Assembly: GCA_963841435.1 (NCBI GenBank)
Contig: CAWJCS010000006.1
Coordinates: 64,001 to 128,000, forward strand
Origin: an uncultured delta proteobacterium
GTDB taxonomy: Bacteria > Myxococcota_A > Polyangia > Polyangiales > Polyangiaceae
Length of the DNA: 64,000 bases
Reading direction: 5' to 3'
Both the position numbers and the translations under genes were made by a program. Positions 8,548 to 18,531 of the stretch are shown here, one piece after another (position 1 is the first letter of the stretch; every line of letters begins with the position of its first letter). Under the pieces are notes generated by a model. The model was not told the origin of the DNA, did no database searches, and saw nothing but the letters and a program-made list of their open reading frames with translations.

Positions 8548-9966
8548 TCAGTGCATGATGCCCGCGCCGACGCTCCAGCCGAAATAGTCGCGCGCGCGGT
8601 CGATGGCGCCGCTCACGCGGAACATCGTGCCTTCGTCGTAGAGGCCGAACACCGAGGAGGTCAACACCTTCACGTCGAAGCCCCCCGTCCCGTGGACGCG
8701 GCGCGAGCCGGACACGAAACGGGTCGGCTCGAGGTACGAGCCGGCGCGCAGCACGAGCCAGGTCGGGATCACCTCCGCCTCGGCGCCCGCCCGGATCGCC
8801 AGCGACGCGTGCCGCCCTGCGCGCCGTACGGTCTGCGACAGCATCGACTCCATGCTCACGGCGTTGTGGACGGCGCCGCTCAGCAGCGCCGACGCCGAGA
8901 GCAGCACGCGCCGGCGCGGCAGCTTGGCGTAGCGGACCTTGAGCAGGCGCCGCGCGCCGCGGAAGGGGGGCTCACGGACGCTGTTCTTGGTGCGAACGTA
9001 GGGCTCGCTGTCCTCGCGTGGGATCGTGTCTTCGTTGACCCAGCGCAAGTTGAAGGGCCGCGGACCGAGCTGGACGGCGACGCCGCCCTCGACCTCCCAG
9101 GGGAGATCCAGCCGGCTCGGCAGGTAGATGTTGCCGACGACACGGTCGCCAGCCTGGTCCGGCGCGATTCGACCGTCATCGCCGAACACTCGCGCGACCG
9201 GTGAGCGGACCGCCACGCCGACGCGCACGGGCAGCGGGGCCGGCGCCCAGAGGAGACCGCCCTGAACGCCCGCGCTGTTCGCGTTCACGAGCAGCCGCTC
9301 GTCGCCGACGGGCTCGCCACCTGCCGTCGTGCCCCCGACGCCGAAGAAGCTCGCGATGCGCAGCCCGAGGCCGAGATGGATCTCCTCGCCCGGCAGCGCA
9401 TAGGAGATGACGGGCTCGGCCTCGAGCAGCCGGATCTTCACGGCCACGATGACCTCGTTCGTGTTCGCGAGCGGCACCGGCTCGCCGGGCACGCCCAGCT
9501 CGTAGTTCTGGAACGATCCGAGCACGCCCAAGCCCACCCGCTGGTGCTGAAGGAGGGCCCCGGCCGAGACCCAGACGAAACGGTCGTAGACGAAGCCGAC
9601 GTTGCCGTCGTTGTCGAAGTCGGTCTTGTTCACGGAAGCGGGCAGCGTGATCCCGGCCGTGAGATCGTAGTCGTCCGGCGTCGTCGAGTAGGGCGGCCTC
9701 AGCGAGACGGCCGCGGGGTTGTACTGGATTCCTTCGGTGCCTTCGGCGATGGCGGTGTACGCGCCCGAGAGCCCGACGATTCGCGTCGTGGAGAGCACGG
9801 GCCCCTGGAAAAGGTCGACGGCGTAGTTGCTCGTCGCGATGCGCGAGCCCTCGGGCCCGAGTGGACCGCCGGCTCGTGCTTTCGGGCCCACGCCGAGCAT
9901 CGCGAGCAGCCCGAGCGCGCAGGCCCGAACACGCTTCGCGCGACTCGTCCGGCGTCTTTCGGGCAC
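8548..9966 (-). CDS. Putative outer-membrane beta-barrel protein (FadL/PorV-like N-terminal motif)
   Basis: Signal peptide ending KARA. Motif RIVGLSGAYTAIAEG..GIQYNPAAV. Alternating beta-strand pattern at the C-terminus. GTG start assumed. Confidence 0.65.
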   Translation of the reverse strand: MPERRRTSRAKRVRACALGLLAMLGVGPKARAGGPLGPEGSRIATSNYAVDLFQGPVLSTTRIVGLSGAYTAIAEGTEGIQYNPAAVSLRPPYSTTPDDYDLTAGITLPASVNKTDFDNDGNVGFVYDRFVWVSAGALLQHQRVGLGVLGSFQNYELGVPGEPVPLANTNEVIVAVKIRLLEAEPVISYALPGEEIHLGLGLRIASFFGVGGTTAGGEPVGDERLLVNANSAGVQGGLLWAPAPLPVRVGVAVRSPVARVFGDDGRIAPDQAGDRVVGNIYLPSRLDLPWEVEGGVAVQLGPRPFNLRWVNEDTIPREDSEPYVRTKNSVREPPFRGARRLLKVRYAKLPRRRVLLSASALLSGAVHNAVSMESMLSQTVRRAGRHASLAIRAGAEAEVIPTWLVLRAGSYLEPTRFVSGSRRVHGTGGFDVKVLTSSVFGLYDEGTMFRVSGAIDRARDYFGWSVGAGIMH

Positions 9967-10050
9967 GTCGCGAGGATACGGCGAGCAGGGAGCGTGCGGC
10001 CAGCCGTCGGCGCTTGCCGTCCTCGGCCGTAGGGGCAAAGCTCCTCCGCC

Positions 10051-11946
10051 ATGGGAAAGCCGGTCGAACGTCACGAATTCATGGCCGAGGTGAAAGAGCT
10101 CCTCGACCTCATGATTCACTCGCTCTACTCGGACAAGGACATCTTTCTCCGAGAGCTCGTCTCGAACGCGTCGGATGCTCTCGACAAGCTACGTTTCGAG
10201 GCGCTCACGCGCCCCGAGCTCTCGAGTGACGCTCCGCTCATCGAGCTGACGATCGACGAGGAACGTCGGACGCTGTCGATCGCCGACAATGGCATCGGCA
10301 TGACGCGCGCCGAGGTCGTGTCCAACATCGGCACGATCGCGAAGAGCGGCACGCGCGAGTTTCTGGCCGCCGTCAGAAAAGGGGGACACAAGGACCTGCC
10401 CCCCGAGCTCATCGGACAATTCGGGGTGGGCTTCTATTCGGCCTTCATGGTGTCGGACAAGCTCGAGCTCACGACGAGGCGTGCGGGCGAGACCGAGGTC
10501 ACCCATTGGGAATCCGGCGGGGACGGCGCCTACACGCTCGGCGACGGCGAGCGCGCGACGGCGGGCACCACCGTGACGCTCCACCTCAAAGCAGTCAACA
10601 CCGAGCAGGGAATCCACGACTACACCGACTTTTTCGTGCTGCGCGGCATCGTCAAGCGCTACTCGGACTTCGTCGCCTACCCGATCCGCGTGAAGGGAGC
10701 GAAGGGAAAGAGCGCCGAGGCCGCCGACGAGCCCCTGAACTCGATGAAGGCCATTTGGGATCGCCCGAAGAACGAAGTGACCGAGGCAGAGTACAAGGAA
10801 TTTTACCACCACATCTCACACGATTTCGCCGATCCGCTCGCGACGATCCCGATTCGGCTCGAAGGCACGCTGGAGGCGTATGCGCTCGTCTACCTGCCGC
10901 GCCGCGCGCCGTTCGATCTCTACAATCCCGAGATGAAGCGCGGGGTGCAGCTCTACGTGAAGCGCGTTTTCGTGATGGACGAATGTCGGGAGCTCTTGCC
11001 GCCCTGGCTCCGATTCGTCCGTGGCGTCGTCGACGCGCACGACCTGTCGCTGAACGTGTCGCGCGAGATCCTGCAGAAGGACCGCCAGATCCAGATCATC
11101 GGCAAGCAGATCGTGCGTCGGGTGCTCGGCGAGCTCAGGGACATGAAACGCGACAAGCCCGACGACTACCTCTCGTTCTGGGCGGAGCTCGGACCCGTGC
11201 TCAAGGAAGGCTTGCTCGCACCGGATGCCGATCAGGAGGCCCTGCTCGGGCTGCTGCTCGCGCGATCGACGGCGAGCTCCTCGCTCACGAGCCTCGAGGA
11301 AGCGGTCGGGCGCATGAAGGAGGGGCAGGATGCGCTCTATTTTCTCACCGGTCCGACGGCGGAGCAGGTCTCGAAGTCGCCCGTGCTCGAGCGTTTCACC
11401 CAGAAGGGTTACGAGGTGCTGCTGTTCTCGGATCCGATCGACGAGATCTGGCTCGATCGCTCCTTGACCTTCCAGGGAAAGTCGCTGAGGTCCGTGGGTC
11501 ACGGCGAGATCGAGCTCGGGTCCGAAGAGGAGAAGAAGCGCGAGGCGGAGGCACTCAAGGAGAAACAGGAACGGTACTCCGACCTGCTCTCGTGTCTGCG
11601 CGTCCACCTGCAAGAGGAGATCAAAGAGGTACGGCTCTCGAACCGGCTCACCTCCTCGGCGGCGTGCCTGGTCGGCGACGAGCACGATCCGAGCCCCCGC
11701 GTGCAGCGGCTGCTCCAGCAGCTGGGACAGCAACCGCCGAAGACGAAGCGCATCCTCGAGCTCAATCCCACCCACCCGCTCGTCGAGAAGCTCGAGGGCA
11801 TCTTCCGGACGAACCCGGCCGACCCGCGGCTTGCCGAGGCCGCCGCCCTGCTGCTCGGCCAGGCGCACCTGGCCGAATCCGGGGAGTTACCCGATGCGGC
11901 GTCTTTCAGTCGGGCGCTCGGAGAAATGATGCTCCGCGGGCTCTGA
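10051..11946 (+). CDS. htpG: Molecular chaperone HtpG (Hsp90)
   Basis: [59 protein letters not shown] and KRILELNP. Confidence 0.99.
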
Positions 11947-11961
11947 GCCGTCCCCGGAGCC

Positions 11962-13368
11962 GTGCAGAGCAGGGAATCGAGCAGTCGCGGCTACGTGATC
12001 AGCGGCGACCGGGGCTTTTTGGATCACGCCGGCGCCGAGCTTCTTGCCTACGAGCAGAACCTCGCTGTCGCGCGCGAGCTGGTCCGGGATAGCCCGGCGC
12101 AGGCAAAGCGTATGAGCGAGCTCGACGCGCTCGCCCGCGGCAAGCTCGAATTCGTCGCCGCCAACGTGGCGCTCCGCGATGAGGGCGACACCGTCGTGGT
12201 AGCGCGGCGCGTGGCGGGTCGCCACGGCAAGCAACTGATGGACGAGCTGCGCCGCAAGTCCGCCGAGATGGAGGTGGCCGAGCGCCACGACCTCGAGCGT
12301 CTTTCGGCGACCGCTGCGCGAACGGAACGCGACGGCGTGCTGGCCGTCGGGGCCACGGCGCTCGCGATCTTGTTGTTGCTCGCGCAGAGCGTCGTCAGAG
12401 CGCGTCGCGACGCCACCGAGCTACTGCACACGAGCGAGGAGCTCCGGCGCAGTGAAGAAAGCTATCGAGTGCTGATCGAGCACTCCGGCGACCTCGTCAG
12501 GTTGCACGGCGCCGACGGCCACCCGTTCTTCGTCAGCCCATCGGCGAAGCACTTGCTCGACTACAGCCCCGCCGAATGCGTGGCAGCGGCGCCCTACGCG
12601 CTCGTGCACCCCGAGGACGCTGGTACGGCCAAGTACATGCTCGGCCGCCTGCAATCGGGAGAGCTGCGCGGCGGGTCGGTGACCTACCGCTTGCGGCGCC
12701 GCGACGGCGAATACCGCTGGTTCGAGTTCAACATGACGCGCGTGGACGCCGCCGACGGCAGCTTCCGCCACTACCAATCGTCCGGTCGCGACGTGACGGT
12801 GCGCCGGCGGCTGGAGCAGCGGCTGGCCGAGCAGACCGAGGCGCTGCGCAACCTCTCGCTGCGCGACGGCCTGACCGGTCTCTACAACCGGCGCGGGTTG
12901 CTCGAGCTCTCGGCGCAGGTGGTGCGCGTCGCCGAACGCGAGCAGCATTCGCTGCTCGTGTTGTTCGCCGACCTCGACGGGCTAAAGGCGATCAACGATC
13001 GCCTCGGGCACGAGCAGGGCGACTGCGCGATTCGCGAAGCCGCCGAGATCTTGCGGGCTACCTGCCGAGCCACCGACATCGTGGCGCGCCTCGGTGGAGA
13101 CGAGTTCGTCGTTTTGGCGAGCAACGTGGACGAAGCAGGCATCGAGATCCTCAAGCAGCGGCTCGGGCGGGCCGTCGAGGAGGCCAACGACACCCCGGCG
13201 CGCTCGTTCCCGTTCGCCTTCAGCCTCGGCGTTGCGCGCTACGACCCCACGGGGCCGCTGCCCATCGAGACGCTCATCGCCGAGGCCGACGCCCGCATGT
13301 ACGAGGCGAAAGTCGCGCGTCGTCGCGGCGAGGGACGTGACAGCCGTCCCTTGACGGGCGCCGTCTGA
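11962..13368 (+). CDS. Diguanylate cyclase (partial CHASE3, TM, PAS, GGDEF); N-terminus appears truncated
   Basis: RGYVISGD (CHASE3 core) lies at the very start. PAS motifs VSPS, VHPED and RRRDGEYRWFE. GGDEF motifs DGLTGLYNRR, DLDGLKAINDRLGH and RLGGDEF. Confidence 0.92.
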   Translation: MQSRESSSRGYVISGDRGFLDHAGAELLAYEQNLAVARELVRDSPAQAKRMSELDALARGKLEFVAANVALRDEGDTVVVARRVAGRHGKQLMDELRRKSAEMEVAERHDLERLSATAARTERDGVLAVGATALAILLLLAQSVVRARRDATELLHTSEELRRSEESYRVLIEHSGDLVRLHGADGHPFFVSPSAKHLLDYSPAECVAAAPYALVHPEDAGTAKYMLGRLQSGELRGGSVTYRLRRRDGEYRWFEFNMTRVDAADGSFRHYQSSGRDVTVRRRLEQRLAEQTEALRNLSLRDGLTGLYNRRGLLELSAQVVRVAEREQHSLLVLFADLDGLKAINDRLGHEQGDCAIREAAEILRATCRATDIVARLGGDEFVVLASNVDEAGIEILKQRLGRAVEEANDTPARSFPFAFSLGVARYDPTGPLPIETLIAEADARMYEAKVARRRGEGRDSRPLTGAV

Positions 13369-13472
13369 CCACGCGGTCGCGCGGTCTCGGTGTCGCAGGT
13401 TTTCCCACAGCGCCCGACTCATGCGCGCTCGAGTTGGAAAAATCGGCGCCGTGTCGCCACTTACCGGAGTGC

Positions 13473-14666
13473 ATGCACCCAGGCGACGCGCTCGAGGCCG
13501 GATCCCGCCTGAGCATCGGTCGCGAGTCCTGTGACGACGCCGTGCTCGTCGTTGACGACGACGCCCTGTCGCTCCGCGCGCTTTCGCGGTGCTTGCGCGG
13601 GCTGCCCTGCGTCCAAGCGTTCGAAACGGGCCGCGCCGCCGTCAACCGCGTGAGGCAGGGCGGCGTCACCGTCGTCCTGTGTGATATCCGCATGCCGGGC
13701 ATGTCCGGCATCGAGCTGCTCCGGGAGCTCCACTGGGTCGACCCCGACCTTCCCGTCGTGCTCGTGACAGGCTCGCCGACCATCGCCACGGCCCAGCTCG
13801 CGATCGAGCACGGTGCGTTCCGCTACCTGCCGAAGCCCTGCGAGGCGTCGCTCGTGACCGCGACCGTCGCATTGGCGAAGCAGGCCTACCGGTCGTCGCG
13901 CTCACGGCGCCTGGCTCTGGAACGCCTGGGGCGCACCATCGCCTCCGACCGTGTGGGGTTTCGTCCCACGTTCGACAGTGCCGTCGAGTCACTCTGGATG
14001 GCCTTTCAACCCATCGTGTCGGCGTCCGGGCGCTCGGTGTTCGGCTATGAGGCGCTGCTACGCGGTCCGGACGGCGCTCTCTCCGACGCCACGGCGCTGC
14101 TCCAGGCCGCGGAGCGACTCGGGGCAATCGAAGCCCTGGGTCGCCAGGCGCGCCGCCGCGCCGCGGAACAGTTCCTCTCGGCCCCTGGTGAGCCCCTCCT
14201 GTTCGTCAATCTCCACCCGAAGGATCTCGGTGACCCGGATCTGCTCGACCCCGGCTCGGCCCTCGCGAAAATGGCGCATCGCGTCGTGCTCGAGATCACC
14301 GAGCACGCGTCGCTCGACGCTCCGGCCGAGCTCAAGGCGCGCATCGCGGCGCTGCGCGCGCTCGGCTTCCGCATCGCGATTGACGATCTCGGCAGTGGCT
14401 ATTCGGGGCTGTCCAACGTTGCGCTGCTCGAGCCGGACATCGTCAAGGTCGATATGACCCTCACGCGAGACATCGAGCACAGCCCCGTGAAGCAGAAGCT
14501 GGTCTCGTCGCTCGTTGGCATGTGTCGGGACATGGGGATGGCCTGCGTGATCGAGGGCGTGGAGACGGACGCGGAGCGCCACACGCTGACCGGCCTGGGG
14601 TGCGACCTCTTGCAGGGATTCTTCTTCGCGCGACCCGAGCGCGATTTTCCGACGCCGAGCTTCTGA
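13473..14666 (+). CDS. Response regulator with EAL c-di-GMP phosphodiesterase domain
   Basis: Receiver motifs VLVVDDD, DIRMPGMSG and YLPKP. EAL motifs FQPIV, YEALLR, VLEITE, IDDLGSGYS, EGVET and QGFFFARP. Start uncertain (13434 or 13473). Confidence 0.93.
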   Translation: MHPGDALEAGSRLSIGRESCDDAVLVVDDDALSLRALSRCLRGLPCVQAFETGRAAVNRVRQGGVTVVLCDIRMPGMSGIELLRELHWVDPDLPVVLVTGSPTIATAQLAIEHGAFRYLPKPCEASLVTATVALAKQAYRSSRSRRLALERLGRTIASDRVGFRPTFDSAVESLWMAFQPIVSASGRSVFGYEALLRGPDGALSDATALLQAAERLGAIEALGRQARRRAAEQFLSAPGEPLLFVNLHPKDLGDPDLLDPGSALAKMAHRVVLEITEHASLDAPAELKARIAALRALGFRIAIDDLGSGYSGLSNVALLEPDIVKVDMTLTRDIEHSPVKQKLVSSLVGMCRDMGMACVIEGVETDAERHTLTGLGCDLLQGFFFARPERDFPTPSF

Positions 14667-14696
14667 AGGCCCGAAGCCGCGGGCGCCCGGAGCGGC

Positions 14697-16184
14697 CTAC
14701 TGCGTCACTGTGTACTCGTGGAGCACCGTGCCGCCGAGCGCCATGAAGGAGACGTGCACGTCGTCGGGTGTCACGTCGACCTTGGCCCAGCCCGAGTCGC
14801 CCCAGTAGTCGATGTAACCCGTTTCGGAGGTGGTGAACGTCCAAATCGCGCCGGCGTTGCCCGGATCCGTGTAGTGGATTCCGTCGACCGCCATGTCGAC
14901 GAACACGTGGTCGTGGCCGTAAAAGAAGATCTGCACGCCGTGCTCGAGCATGAGCTCGTGCACGATCGCCTGCTCGCCGACGTATGCCGCCTGGCCGCCG
15001 CCGCGACCGTATGCCGAGTTCGCGTCGTTGCCGGCCATGCCACCCACGGTGTGGTGGATGAAGAGGAAGCGCCACTTGCTGGTCGCGTTCTCGAGCGTCT
15101 TCCTGAGCCAGGCGAGCTGCACGGAGCCGAGCGTCCAATCGTCGGGTAGCCCCGGGCTCGTCGAGAGCAGGTGCGCGGTCGGCGTGTAAGTCATCACGTT
15201 GAGCACGACACAGAGAGCGTCTCCCCAGGTGAAGGCGTAGTAGTCCTCGCCGGCGCCCCCGCCTTCGGGGTAGGTGGCGGGCGTGGGGCCCGGCACGTAG
15301 AGCATGCGCTCGGTGCGCGACCTTTGGATCTCCTCCTCGGTGTAGCTGCCGTTTTCGCCCTCCCAGTTGCCGATCACCGGGAAGTGGGCGGTGTTGGCGC
15401 CCGTATCGCCGTATTGCGCGCGGAAATTGAGGTACGCGAGCCGGCTGATCGACGTATCGGGCGGCGGCGAATTGAAGCCGTACTGGTGGTAGTCGAGCAT
15501 GTCGCCGAGGTGCACCATGAAATCCGGCGCCGCGCTGCCGATCTCGGCGCTCACCGCCGCCATGACGTTCTCGTCGCCCTGGTTCGTGTACGAAAGGTCG
15601 GAGCCGATGTGTGTGTCCGACAGCAGCGCGAAGCGGAAAGGCTCGCCCGGGGGCCGCGCCGTGACGGCGCTGCCCGTGGAGACGACGGCGCCGCTCGACG
15701 CGTCGATCACCTGGTACTCGTAGCTCGTTCCCGGCTCGAGCTCCTCGAAACGCCACTCGGCGAGATCCGGCGCCGGGGTCTCTGCCGCGAGGGACCTCCG
15801 GTAGCTCTGCTGGCCCTCGGGGCGCACGCGAGCGCGCAGGACGCTCGGATCGCCATCGGCGAGGGCCACGCTGACCCCAAAGCTATCGGGTGTCGGCGCG
15901 ATCACGAGCGGCGCGCCGACGAGCACGACGCTCGACGCCGTGGCGCCGCCTTCACCGCCGGCGCCGAAGGTCTCGCCCCCTTCACCGCCGGCGCCGGTCT
16001 CCGCCGCGGTGCCTGCGCCTCCGCCGACGGCGCCGCCCACGCCGTCAGCCGGGCCAGCGGGGAGCACGTCGACGCTGCTGGTACAGGCAGCGCCCACGAG
16101 CGCTCCGACGAGCCCGATATGCGCGAGCGGGCCGCAAAAAGGTCCGAAGACCACCAACCAAGCTCGAGCGAAGCGAGGGATCAC
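14697..16184 (-). CDS. Lipoprotein metallophosphoesterase (purple-acid-phosphatase-like, with FN3-type domain)
   Basis: Lipobox GAAC, Gly linker, LEPGTSYEYQV, and the metal-ligand motifs SDTH, LGD, IGNWE, FIHH and GHDH. Confidence 0.85.
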   Translation of the reverse strand: MIPRFARAWLVVFGPFCGPLAHIGLVGALVGAACTSSVDVLPAGPADGVGGAVGGGAGTAAETGAGGEGGETFGAGGEGGATASSVVLVGAPLVIAPTPDSFGVSVALADGDPSVLRARVRPEGQQSYRRSLAAETPAPDLAEWRFEELEPGTSYEYQVIDASSGAVVSTGSAVTARPPGEPFRFALLSDTHIGSDLSYTNQGDENVMAAVSAEIGSAAPDFMVHLGDMLDYHQYGFNSPPPDTSISRLAYLNFRAQYGDTGANTAHFPVIGNWEGENGSYTEEEIQRSRTERMLYVPGPTPATYPEGGGAGEDYYAFTWGDALCVVLNVMTYTPTAHLLSTSPGLPDDWTLGSVQLAWLRKTLENATSKWRFLFIHHTVGGMAGNDANSAYGRGGGQAAYVGEQAIVHELMLEHGVQIFFYGHDHVFVDMAVDGIHYTDPGNAGAIWTFTTSETGYIDYWGDSGWAKVDVTPDDVHVSFMALGGTVLHEYTVTQ

Positions 16185-16377
16185 CAGGCGTTCTTAGGCT
16201 CACCAGCTGCTCGGGGCAACCTTGCGATCGTCGGGAGGCCGTGCGTCGCGTCGCGGGCTCGATCGAGCTCGGGTCCCCGCGCATCGCGTGGACTTTTTCC
16301 CCGAGGTTGAAACCCTCGCTCGCATTGCGCGATAACCAGTGGGTCGCGTCGGACGACCCACGCCGCGTCCCATTCGC

Positions 16378-17583
16378 ATGCCTCGCCCGGTCCTCAGCAC
16401 GCTTCGACGCGCGTCACGCTTGCGGTGCTCGCTGCTCGTTGGCGTCGCTCTCGAGCTTGCGGCGTGCCACGCGCCCGACGATTCGAAGTCACCCGGAGGC
16501 GCCGTCGGGGGCGCCGCGGGGACAGCAGGCGGAGCGGGCACGGCGGGCAGCGCGAGTGGCGGAGCGGGCACGGCGGGCAGCGCGGGCGGCGGAGCGGGCA
16601 CGGCGGGCAGCGCGGGCACGGCGGGCGGAGCAGGCACGGCGGGCGGCGGCGTCTGGGCGTGTCCGAAAGGCATCACCGGGCAGCCGACGCTCGGCGGCTC
16701 GCTCGCGCGGGTCGCGAGCGTCCCGCCCCCGGATGCGTTCAACATGGAAAATGCCAACTTCGGCAACGTCGAAGGTCCGGTTTGGATCGGCGACGCGCTC
16801 TACGTGTCGGAGATGAGCGACCTGTCTTACGACTCCGAAAATTCGGAGGTGAAAAAGGCCCGCATCCTCAAGGTCACACCGGGCGGCGAGACCACGATCG
16901 AGATCGCCGATTCGGGCAGCAACGGGCTCGCCGTCGACCGCGACGGCAACATCGTCGCCGCCGTCCACAGGGACGGCAGCCTCACCCGCTACGCCCTGCC
17001 TGGCGGGCAAGCGACGCCCATCGTCACGATGTTCATGGGTGCGCGCTTCGATTCGCCGAACGACCTCGCGATTCGCGCCGACGGCACGATCTACTTCTCG
17101 GACCCGAGCTTCCAGGCCCCGAGCACGCCGCCCCAAGCGGAGACGCGCGTCTATCGCGTGGCCCCGGGCGGCAGCACCGCCGAGCCCATCCCGAACGCGA
17201 CGAGCCCCGATAGGTTCTCCAACCCGAACGGTGTCACGCTGTCGATCGCCGAGGACTACCTTTACGTCGCCGCCGCAAGCGGCCGCCGCTATCCCGTGAT
17301 GGCGGACGGCACGCTCGGCGCGGGCGAAGACTTTCCCGCAACGTCGGGCGGCGACGGCATGGCCGTCGATTGCGCCGGGAACCTCTATGTCGCCCGCCAG
17401 CGCAGCGTCGTCGTCTACACGCCCACGGGCACGATGATCGGGACGATTAGCGTTCCGGAGGTGCAGTCGGCGACGAACGTCGCGTTCGGGGGCATCGACC
17501 ACGAGACGCTCTACGTGACCGGTCTCGGCAACAGGAAGGGCCTCTTCCAGATGGCGCTCGACCTTCCCGGCAGGCCGTACTGA
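16378..17583 (+). CDS. Lipoprotein of the SMP-30/gluconolactonase family
   Basis: Lipobox LAAC and Gly linker. Motifs EGPVW, GSNGLA, FDSPNDL, YFSDP, PNGVTLS, GDGMAVDCAGNLYV and TNVAFGG. Confidence 0.92.
   Translation: MPRPVLSTLRRASRLRCSLLVGVALELAACHAPDDSKSPGGAVGGAAGTAGGAGTAGSASGGAGTAGSAGGGAGTAGSAGTAGGAGTAGGGVWACPKGITGQPTLGGSLARVASVPPPDAFNMENANFGNVEGPVWIGDALYVSEMSDLSYDSENSEVKKARILKVTPGGETTIEIADSGSNGLAVDRDGNIVAAVHRDGSLTRYALPGGQATPIVTMFMGARFDSPNDLAIRADGTIYFSDPSFQAPSTPPQAETRVYRVAPGGSTAEPIPNATSPDRFSNPNGVTLSIAEDYLYVAAASGRRYPVMADGTLGAGEDFPATSGGDGMAVDCAGNLYVARQRSVVVYTPTGTMIGTISVPEVQSATNVAFGGIDHETLYVTGLGNRKGLFQMALDLPGRPY
16528..16617 (+). repeat. 3 x 30 bp coding tandem repeat (GGAGTAGSAx linker)
   Basis: GGCGGAGCGGGCACGGCGGGCAGCGCG at 16528, 16558 and 16588. 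Confidence 0.85.
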
Positions 17584-17780
17584 GGGGCGCTGCACCCCGC
17601 AGCCTCGACCCGTGGCACGGCGACGAGGCGCTCGAGGGTGCAAGAACAAACGACCATTTCAAAGCGTCCAAAGTTCTTAGTAGCGTGGCATTCGGTGCGG
17701 CTCGCGGCCGTCGCGACGGGCGGACGCGAGCGAGCGCGCCGGGAGTCGGCGGAGCCGACGGGGCAGGAAGGAGACGACTG

Positions 17781-18509
17781 ATGGCAAGAGCGAAGAAGAA
17801 AAGGACGTTCGTGGGGGCCCGCGCAAGCTCCATCACGGCGCCGCGAACCGACATCGAGCAGCGTCTCGACTACGGCGGCGTCCGCATCATGAACCCGCCG
17901 AGCACCCAGGTGAGGCGCCTGTTGCCGGGGCGTGGCACGCGCGCCGAGCCCGTCGAGATGGACATTCGCGGCTTCGTCCCGTCGCGGCCTTCCTCCGTCG
18001 TGAGTCGCTTCGTCCGAGAGGAGCTCGAGCGCGCTCGCAAGAAGTACCCGCTTCTCGAGCCAACATTGGCCGATCGGCGCCAGCCCTCGTGGTTCGACAC
18101 GGTCGCGCATCTCGTCGCCGACATCGTCTTCGACCAGATCCCGTATGAGCCACGCGGCGGGGCCGCCTGGCAGCTGCCGGAAGAAACGCTCGCGCTCGGT
18201 TGCGGCGACTGTGAGGACCGCGCGACGCTGCTCGCCTCGGCGCTCGTCGCGGCGGGCATCAGCCCGTACAACGTGCGCGTCGCGCTCGGGACGATTCGCG
18301 TCCAGAGCCCCGGTCGTGGCGGCCGAAAGCGGCTCGCCCACGCCTGGGTGGTCTACCGCTCCGAGCACGGGGGTTGGGCGGCGCTCGAGCCGGTACCGAA
18401 AGAGCAGCGCACGCGGCACGCCGGTCTGAGCTTCGGCTACGAGCCCGAGATCGTCTTCAACGGCGACCACCAGTGGCGGCGAACAAAACCGCGTTGTGTG
18501 GTAAAATAG
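17781..18509 (+). CDS. Transglutaminase-like cysteine-protease-fold protein
   Basis: WQLPEETL..GCGDCEDRA, HAWVVY and WAALEP give a Cys-His-Glu triad. RBS GGAAGGAG precedes ATG 17781. No signal peptide. Confidence 0.85.
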   Translation: MARAKKKRTFVGARASSITAPRTDIEQRLDYGGVRIMNPPSTQVRRLLPGRGTRAEPVEMDIRGFVPSRPSSVVSRFVREELERARKKYPLLEPTLADRRQPSWFDTVAHLVADIVFDQIPYEPRGGAAWQLPEETLALGCGDCEDRATLLASALVAAGISPYNVRVALGTIRVQSPGRGGRKRLAHAWVVYRSEHGGWAALEPVPKEQRTRHAGLSFGYEPEIVFNGDHQWRRTKPRCVVK

Positions 18510-18531
18510 GGGGCTTGGTGGCGAGGGCGGG

